From Mobula hypostoma (Eukaryota), in the NCBI RefSeq assembly GCF_963921235.1, contig NC_086102.1, forward strand, positions 96,038,001 to 96,102,000: 64,000 nt of DNA, in the 5' to 3' direction. Each line of letters begins with the position of its first letter. Within the stretch, counting starts at the first letter, position 1. Positions 55,001 through 64,000 of this stretch are shown piece after piece. The notes under the pieces were generated by a model. The model was not told where the DNA came from and did not search any database. It saw only the letters and a program-made list of their open reading frames with translations. Made by a program: the position numbers and the translations under genes.

Positions 55001-58000
55001 CTTCACACTGATAGAGATCCTCTTGTCGTTACTCACCACACCATGCTCACCCGTTCAAAATGGTAGAGTTCATCATGTCTTTACCCACCACCCCATGGTC
55101 ACCCGTTTACACCGATAGAGTTCACCTTCTCCTCACCCACCACTCCATGGTCACCCCTTCACACTGATAGAGTTCATCTTCTCGTTACCCACCACCCCGT
55201 GCACATCCCTTCACACCGATACAGTTCATCTTGTCCTCACCTACCACCCCACGGTCACCCTTTCACACCGACAGAGTTCATCTTGTCGTTACCATCCACC
55301 CCACGGTCACCCCTTCGCACTGATAGAGTTCATCTTGTCGTTACCCACCACACAATGGTCACCCCTTCACACTGAGAGAGTTCATCTTCTCATTACCCAC
55401 TACCCCACAGTCAACCCTTCACACTGATACAGTTCATCTTCTCGTTACCCACCACCCTATGGTCACCCCTTCACACTGATAGAGTTCATCTTGCCATTAC
55501 TCACCCACCAAGGTCACCCCTTAAAACTGAGTGTTCATATTGTCGTTACCCACAACCCCATGGTCACCCCTTCACACTGATAGAGTTCATCTTGTCCTTA
55601 CCCACCACACAATGGTCACCCCTTCACAGTGATAAGAGTTCAGCATTGTCCTTACCCACCACCCCACGGTCACCCCTTCAAAATGATAGAGTTCATCATG
55701 TCTTTACCCACCACCCCATGGTCTCCCCTTCACACCGATAGAGTTCACCTTCTCCTCACCCACCACTCCATGGTCACCCCTTCACACTGATAGAGTTCAT
55801 CTTCTCGTTACCAACCACCCCATGCACATCCCTTCACATCGATACAGTTCATCTTGTCCTCACCTACCACTCCACAGTCACCCTTTCACACCGACAGAGT
55901 TCATCTTGTCCTGACCCACCACACCATGGTCCCCCCTTCACACTGATAAGAGGTCATCTTCTCCTTACCCACCACCCCACGGTCACCACTTCACACCGGT
56001 AAGAGTTCACCTTGTCCTCACCCACCACCCCATGGTCACCCCTTCACACTGATAAAGTTCCTCTTGTCGTTACCAATCACTCCATGGTCACCCCTTCACA
56101 GTAATTGAGTTCATCTTGTCCTTACTCACCACCCCATGGTCACCCCTTCACACTGATAAAGTTCCTCTTGTCGTTACCAATCACTCCATGGTCACCCCTT
56201 CACAGTAATTGAGTTCATCTTGTCCTTACTCAGCACCCCATGGTCACCCCTTCACGCTGATAGAGATCCTCTTCTCGTTACCCACTACCCCATGGTCACC
56301 CCTTCACACAGATAAAGTTCTTGTCCTTACCCACAACACCATGGACACCCCTTCACACCAATAGAGTTCACCTTGTCTTATTCATCAGCCCATGGTCCCC
56401 CCCTCACACTGATAGAGTTCATCTACTCGTTACCCACCACCCCATGCACATCCCTTCACACCGATACAGTTCATCTTGTCCTCACCTACCACCGCACGGT
56501 CACCCTTTCACACCGACAGAGTTCATCTTGTCGTTACCATCAACCCCACGGTCACCCCTTCGCACTGATGGAGTTCATCTTGTCCTTACTCACCACCCCA
56601 TGGTCCCCCCTTCACACTGATAAGAGGTCATCTTCTCCTTACCCACCACCCCATGGTCACCCCTTTACACCGGTAATAGTTCACCTTGTCCTCACCCACC
56701 ACCCCACGATCACCCTTTCACACCGATAGAGTTCACCTTGTCCTCACCCACCTCCCCATGGTCACCCCTTCACACCGATAAAGTTCCTCTTGTCGTTACC
56801 CAGCACTCCATGGTCACCCCTCCACATTAATTGAGTTCATCTTGTCCTTACTCACCACCCCATGGTCACCCCTTCACACTGATAGATTTCATCCTGTCGT
56901 TACCCACCACCCCACAGTCAACCCTTCACACCGATAGAGTTCATTTTGTCGTTACCCACCACCCAATGGTCATCCCTTCAGACTGAGAGAGTTCATCCTG
57001 TCCTCACTGACCACCCCATGCTCATCCCTACACACTGATAGAGATGATCTTGTCGTTACTCACCACCCCATGGTCACCCTTTCACACTGATAGAGTTCAT
57101 TTTGTCCTTACTCACAAGCCTATGGTCACCCGTTCACACCGACAGAGTTCATCTTGTCTTTACACACCAACCCATGGTCACCTCTTCACACCGAAAAGAG
57201 TTCACCTTGTCCTCACCCACCACGCCACCGTCACCCTTTCACACTAATAGAGTTCATCTTCTCGTAACCCACCACCCCACGGTCACCCCTTCACACTGAT
57301 AAAGTTCATCATTTCCTTACCCACCAACCCCATGGTCACCCCTTCACACAGATAGAGATCCTTTTGTCGTTACTCACCACCCCATGGTTACTCCTTCACT
57401 CCGATAGAGATCCTCTTGTTGTTACACACCACACCAAGGTCACCCCTTAAAACTGAGAGATTTCATCTTGTCGTTACCCTCCACCCCATGGTCACCCCTT
57501 CGAACTGATAGAGTTCATCTTGTCCTTACCCACAACCCCCTGGTCACCCCTTCACACCGATAAAGTTCATCTTGTCGTTACCCACCACCCATGGTCACCT
57601 CTTCACACTGAGACAGTTCATCTTGTCTTTACACACCACCCCATGGTCACCTCTTCAAACCGAAAAGAGTTCACCTTGTCCTCACCCAATACGCCACGGT
57701 CACCCTTTCAGACTAATAGAGTTCATCTTCTCGTAACCCTCCACCCCACGGTCAGCCATACACACTGATAGAGTTCATCATTTCCTTACCAACCACCCCA
57801 TGGTTACCCCATCACTCCGATAGAGATCCTCTTGTCATTACTCACCAGCCCGTGGTCACCCCTTCACACTGATAGAGTTCATCTTGTAGACACCCACCAC
57901 CCCATGGTCACCCCTTCCGACTGGTAGAGTTCGTCTTGTCGTTACCGACCACCTCCACAGTCAACCCTTCACACCGATAGAGTTCATTTTGTCATTACCC

Positions 58001-58584
58001 ACCGCCCAATGGTCATCCCTTCAGACTGTGAGAGTTCATCTTGTCCTCACCCAACACCCCATGCTCATCCCTTCACACCGATGAGAGTTCATCTTGTCGT
58101 TACACACCACCCCATGGACACCCCTTCACACTGATAGAGATCCTCTTGTCATTACTCACCAGCCCGTGGTCACCGCTTCACACTGATCAAGTTCATTTTG
58201 TCGTTACTCACCGCACCAAGGTCACCCCTTCACACCGATAGAGATCCTCTTGTCCTCACCCACCACCCCATGGTCACTCCATCACACTGATAGAGTTCAC
58301 CTTTTCCTTACCCACCACCCCATGGTCACCGCTTCACATTAATTGAGTTGATCATGTCCTTACTCACCACCCCATGGTCACCCCTTCACACTGATAGATT
58401 TCATCCTGTCGTTACCCACCATCCCACAGTCAACTCTTCACACCGATAGAGTTCATTTTGTCGTTACCCACCACCCCATGGTCACCTCTTCACACTGAGA
58501 GAGTTCATCTTGTCCTCACCCACCACCCCATGCTCACCCCTTCACACTGACAGAGTTCCTCTTCTCGTTACTCACCACACCATT
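34042..58584. repeat. 52-bp satellite, right arm
   Basis: Same monomer as the left arm; ends about 100 bp from the donor of exon 58685-58807. Confidence 0.97.
36815..45252. repeat. 4,208-bp tandem duplication within the satellite
   Basis: Identical ORFs offset by exactly 4208 (37071/41279, 37385/41593, 38164/42372, 39049/43257, 39465/43673). Confidence 0.93.
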
Positions 58585-58684
58585 ATAGAACAATATATAA
58601 ATACAATGATGGTGCACTGGAGGTTACATTTATCATTAAAATGTGTTTATCACATTACCAGTGAGTGCACATGCCCCTTCCTAC

Positions 58685-58807
58685 CTGCACCTTATCTTCT
58701 CTAAACACTCCGTCAATGAGGAGGTAAGTCCAGAACACGGGCCATTCACATTCAATATTTTCAAACAACTGCAATTCAGCAGAATCATAGTGCAGCCTGT
58801 TCGGGTC
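58685..58807 (-). CDS. PHKA2: Phosphorylase kinase alpha subunit, coding exon (123 bp; about human exon 10)
   Basis: Reverse complement reads ctcag|GAC CCG AAC...GTG CAG|gtagga and encodes [41 protein letters not shown]. This matches recalled PHKA2 [28 protein letters not shown] better than PHKA1 (LYYEP...WPLFW). Confidence 0.93.
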
Positions 58808-58925
58808 CTGAGAATAGAGACAATCTTCAATTACAGGGACTCTGTCATTGCTGTAAATTAACTCGCAAAGTTATGATGTTCAAAGACAATGAAAACAGTA
58901 CCAATTTTCAAGGTTTAGCAAGATA

Positions 58926-60387
58926 CAGGTGTGCCCCGCTTTTCGAACTTTCGCTTTACGAAACCTCACTGTTACGAAAGACCTACATTAGTACCCTGTT
59001 TTCGCTAACAGAAAGTGTTTTCACTGCTGTGAAAAAAGCAGCGTGCGAAAAAAAAGCAGCGCGCGCTAAAAGGCAGCACGTCGTGCGCCCCGAGCAGCCG
59101 CCCTCCCCAGGATTCGGAACGGCATTCTCGCCGGCATTGCTTAAACACGTGCCTGTGAGCAGCCGTTTGCAAGATGAGTTCTAACATATCGGAAAAGCCT
59201 GAAAGAGCTCGTAAGGGTGTTACACTTAACGTAAAACTAGACATAATTAAGCGTTTCAGTCGTAGTGAACGAAGTGAGGACGAAAGTGAGTTTGGCTTGT
59301 GGAAGTTGACGAAGATGATGTTGAAGAGGTTTTGGCATCTCATGACCAAGAACTGATAGATGAAGAGCTGATGCAATTGGAAGAGGAAAGGATAACAGCC
59401 GAAACTGAATGAGTAATGATAAAGTACGACTTTAATTTTGAAAGGGTATATAGGCTTAGGGGATAATTGCAGGATGGTTTGAGTGCTTACAAAAAACTGT
59501 ATGATAGAAAAATGCGCGAGGCTCAGCAGTCAAGCAAGCCTTCCACATCAGACACAGCAGACAACGAACCTCGACCTTCGACATCAAGGCGGGCAGTCAT
59601 TGGACATGAGCTGCCTGCTCTAATGGAAACTGACGACGAGATAACACCCCAGTGTCCCACCACCCCAACCCCCAGGCCGCGGACAGATACAGATTCGCAG
59701 AGAATGCAGCACCAGCCGGGAGGCACACAGCACATCTTTAAGAAAAAAGCTGAAATAAACAACCTAATTAATTAGATTGTTTATTTCGGCTTTTTTCTTA
59801 AAGATGTGCTGTGTGCCTCCTGGCTACCGCTGGACCCCTGCATGCTTCGCGGCAATGTATTGGGTTGCTGCCTGGAGGGTGGGGGCCACTGCAGCACCCA
59901 AACTCCGACTCAGTCTAACACACCATCATCAGTGTGCCCGACGCTGACCCAATTCCAGTAAGTGATACTACACTGTACATACATTATTTCTACTTTATAT
60001 CGGCTGTGTATTTTTACGTGTTGTTTGGTATGATTTGGCAGTTTCATAGCTTAAAAGTTACTGGAGAGCGCTTGCGCTGTGTTTTTGCCGACGGCGCTTG
60101 CGTGAAATTTTTGCTACGCAGAACAGTTCAGGCAATGATTGTGGAAAACTATTTCTACTTTATATAAGCTGTGTATTTATCATATAATTCCTGCTTTTAC
60201 TATATGTTACTGTTATTTTAGGTTTTATGTGTTATTTGGCATGATTTGGTAGGTTATTTTTGGGTCTGCGAACGTTCACAAAATTTTCCAATGCAAATAA
60301 ATGGTAATTGCTTCTTCACTTTACGACATTCCGGATTACCAACTGTTTCATATGAACACTCTACCTTCAGATGGCGGGGGAAACCTG
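58926..60387 (+). mobile_element. Tigger/pogo-like (TcMar) non-autonomous DNA transposon
   Basis: TA|CAGGTGTGCCCCGC...GCGGGGGAAACCTG|TA imperfect TIRs with a TA TSD. Transposase remnants: RKGVTLNVKLDIIKRF (CENP-B-like HTH) and EDDVEEVLASHDQELIDEELMQLEEE. Confidence 0.85.
59714..59825. repeat. 112-bp spacerless palindrome
   Basis: 56-bp arms centred on ctaatt|aattag, 3 mismatches. Confidence 0.93.
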
Positions 60388-60917
60388 TACACGTCTCCAA
60401 AACAAGTGAGCACAACTTGAAGGTAAAGGTTGAGAAGGAACCTTAAGGGCAACTTTTTCATGAACTAGGAAGTGAGTATATTGAATACTCTGCCACCTGG
60501 CAGAGGAAGTGAGCATACTGAATGGCCTGCAGGTACAGTAGTATCATTTCTGAAGCAGTTAGATGGGTACATGAAGGGGTGGACCTTGGAGGCATAAAGG
60601 GGGAACAGAGGAAATACGAATGAGCTGGGAGGGCAGCGTGGTTGGCAGAAATTTGTTGACATGTATGGCCTGTATCCAAACTGCATTGTTCTGTCAGTGA
60701 CTCCTTTGAAAGGAAACAGTGAGCTTTCACCATCATAAAAATTCTACACCTCACGTGGCTGTGTTGAATCAATACGCTGAATGTTGAAGGCAGCAGCTAT
60801 GGACGGTTACAAACTGTTAGTCATATTCATACTCATAGTCATGCTATGATGGTTAAAAACTGGTAAGTGAAGGAGATTCAACACGGAGCACAAATTGCAA
60901 ATGTGATGGACCCGGCT

Positions 60918-63900
60918 CACAGATCATACACATCTCATCTAACTACCAAAGATCATACTCATCTCATCTCACTACCACAGATCATACTCACCTCTTCTAA
61001 CTAGCACAGATCATACTCATCTCATCACCACAGATCATAATCATCTCATCTCACTACCGCAAATCATACTCACCGCATCTCACTACCGCAGATCATACTC
61101 ATCTCACAACCACAGATCATACTCACCGCATCTCACTACCGCAGATCATACTCACCGCATCTCACTACCACAGATCATATGCATCTCATCTCACCTCCTC
61201 AGATAATACTCACCTCATCACACTACCACAAATCATACTCATCTCATCACCACAGATCATAATCATCTCATCTCACCACAGGTCACACTCATCTCATCTC
61301 ACTACCACAAACCATACTCATCTCATCTAACAACCACAGATCATACTCATCTCATCACCGCAGATCATACTCATCTCATCTCACTACCACAGATCATACT
61401 CATCTCATCTCACTACCATGGATCATACTAATCTCATCTCACTACCACAGATCATACTAATCTCATCTCAGTACCACAGATCATACTCATCTCATCTCAC
61501 TACCACAGACCATACTCATCTCATCTCACTACCACAGATCATACTCATCTCATCTCACTACCACAGATCATACTAATCTCATCTCACTACCACAGATCAT
61601 ACTCATCTCATCACCACAGATCATACTCATCTCATCTCACTACCACAGATCATACTCATCTCACTACCACAGATCATACTCATCTCACTACCACAGATCA
61701 TACTCATCTCATCTCACTACCACAGATCATACTCATCTCATCTCACTACCACAGATCATACTCATCTCATCTCACTACCACAAATCATACTCATCTCATC
61801 ACCACAGATCATACTCATCTCATCTCACTACCACAGATCATACTCATCTCATCACCACAGATCATACTCATCTCATCTCACAACCACAGATCATACTCAT
61901 CTCATCACCACAGATCATACTCATCTCATCTCACAACCACAGATCATACTCATCTCATCACCACAGATCATACTCATCTCATCTCACTACCACAGATCAC
62001 ACTCATCTCATCTCACTACCACAGATCACACTCATCTCATCTCTCTACCACAGATCATATTCATCTCATCACCACAGATCATACTCATCTCATCTCACAA
62101 CCACAGATCATACTCATCTCATCTCACTACCACAGATCATACTCATCTCATCACCACAGATCATACTCATCTCATCTCACTACCACAGATCATACTCATC
62201 TCATCACCACAGATCATACTCATCTCATCTCACAACCACAGATCATACTCATCTCATCTCACTACCACAGATCATACTCATCTCATCTCACTACCACAGA
62301 TCATACTCATCTCATCACCACAGATCATACTCATCTCATCTCACAACCACAGATCATACTCATCTCATCACCACAGATCATACTCATCTCATCTCACTAC
62401 CACAGATCATACTCATCTCATCACCACAGATCATACTCATCTCATCTCACAACCACAGATCATACTCATCTCATCACCACAGATCATACTCATCTCATCT
62501 CACAACCACAGATCATACTCATCTCATCACCACAGATCATACTCATCTCATCTCACTACCACAGATCATACTCATCTCATCACCACAGATCATACTCATC
62601 TCATCACCACAGATCATACTCATCTCATCTCACTACCACAGATCACACTCATCTCATCTCACTACCACAGATCACACTCATCTCATCTCTCTACCACAGA
62701 TCATATTCATCTCATCACCACAGATCATACTCATCTCATCTCACAACCACAGATCATACTCATCTCATCTCACAACCACAGATCATACTCATCTCATCAC
62801 CACAGATCATACTCATCTCATCTCACTACCACAGATCATACTCATCTCATCACCACAGATCATACTCATCTCATCTCACTACCACAGATCATACTCATCT
62901 CATCACCACAGATCATACTCATCTCATCTCACAACCACAGATCATACTCATCTCATCTCACTACCACAAATCATACTCATCTCATCACCACAGATCATAC
63001 TCATCTCATCTCACTACCACAGATCATACTCATCTCATCACCACAGATCATACTCATCTCATCTCACAACCACAGATCATACTCATCTCATCTCACTACC
63101 ACAGATCATACTCATCTCATCACCACAGATCATACTCATCTCATCTCACAACCACAGATCATACTCATCTCATCTCACAACCACAGATCATACTCATCTC
63201 ATCACCACAGATCATACTCATCTCATCTCACAACCACAGATCATACTCATCTCATCACCACAGATCATACTCATCTCATCTCTCTACCACAGATCATATT
63301 CATCTCATCACCACAGATCATACTCATCTCATCTCACAACCACAGATCATACTCATCTCATCTCACAACCACAGATCATACCCATCTCATCACCACAGAT
63401 CATACTCATCTCATCTCTCTACCACAGATCATACTCATCTCATCACCACAGATCATACTCATCTCACGACCACAGATCATACTCATCTCATCTCTCTACC
63501 ACAGATCATACTCATCTCATCACCACAGATCATACTCATCTCATCTCACAACCACAGATCATACTCATCTCATCTCACTACCACAGATCATACTCGTCTC
63601 ATCTCTCTACCACAGATCATATTCATCTCATCACCACAGATCATACTCATCTCATCTCACAACCACAGATCATACTCATCTCATCTCACAACCACAGATC
63701 ATACCCATCTCATCACCACAGATCATACTCATCTCATCTCTCTACCACAGATCATACTCATCTCATCACCACAGATCATACTCATCTCACGACCACAGAT
63801 CATACTCATCTCATCTCTCTACCACAGATCATACTCATCTCATCACCACAGATCATACTCATCTCATCTCACAACCACAGATCATACCCATCTCATCACC

Positions 63901-64000
63901 ACAGATCATACTCATCTCACGACCACAGATCATACTCATCTCATCTCACGACCACAGATCATACTCATCTCATCTCTCTACCACAGATCATACTCATCTC
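60918..64000. repeat. 24/29-bp satellite built on (CATCT)n, truncated by the window end
   Basis: Interspersed units accacagatcatactcatctcatctcact (29 bp) and accacagatcatactcatctcatc (24 bp). Confidence 0.97.

Larger units (their letters stand above)
11905..58684 (-). other. 46.8-kb PHKA2 intron, mostly satellite DNA and transposable elements
   Basis: The flanking exons join in frame (...DKVQ|VEEY...) with no protein segment missing relative to recalled PHKA2; GT..AG ends. Confidence 0.9.

Noticed and set aside
14920-58584. CRISPR-like array
   Set aside because: No unique spacers, no cas genes, and a vertebrate intron context; the variable parts are point variants of one monomer.
16577-58584. 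Resemblance of cactgatagag to the tet operator, or a synthetic operator array
   Set aside because: Only a half-site match with no palindrome; the monomers are naturally diverged and traceable to the adjacent retroelement.
14920-58584. Monomer lengths of 31 and 52 bp being multiples of the helical repeat
   Set aside because: Two data points and no phased A-tracts; cannot be distinguished from chance.
16600-58704. Dozens of His/Pro/Thr-rich plus-strand ORFs
   Set aside because: They are translations of the 52-bp monomer cycling through three frames, with frequent stops and mostly non-ATG starts; not genes.
1053-58807. PHKA1 rather than PHKA2
   Set aside because: Diagnostic residues ([37 protein letters not shown]) match recalled PHKA2; a phylogeny or synteny check would confirm.
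60918-64000. Telomeric repeat
   Set aside because: No TTAGGG/CCCTAA units, and upstream PHKA2 exons must lie beyond it.

Overview
Vertebrate genomic DNA, most likely a cartilaginous fish (inferred from the CR1/Penelope/Rex1/SINE repeat landscape). The whole window lies inside a minus-strand phosphorylase kinase alpha gene (PHKA2-like). Six coding exons are visible (58685-58807, 11809-11904, 10708-10815, 9096-9174, 1838-1972, 1053-1162); all have GT-AG borders and splice into one open frame. One intron has grown to 46.8 kb. It holds a decayed Penelope-like retroelement whose own RT-region coding sequence appears to have seeded two tandem arrays: a 31-bp minisatellite (about 37 copies, inside the RT) and a 52-bp satellite of about 36 kb (about 700 copies, from the 'DRVPLVLTYHP'-type segment). 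The large array shows higher-order structure, an apparently exact 4,208-bp tandem duplication, and a full-length L1 (16-bp TSD, one nonsense codon in ORF2). Other content: nested CR1 LINEs, Rex1-like fragments (one tail runs into a GATCT satellite), a SINE, a Tigger-like element with a 112-bp palindrome, and a 24/29-bp satellite running off the right end. Family assignments come from recalled motifs, not database searches.
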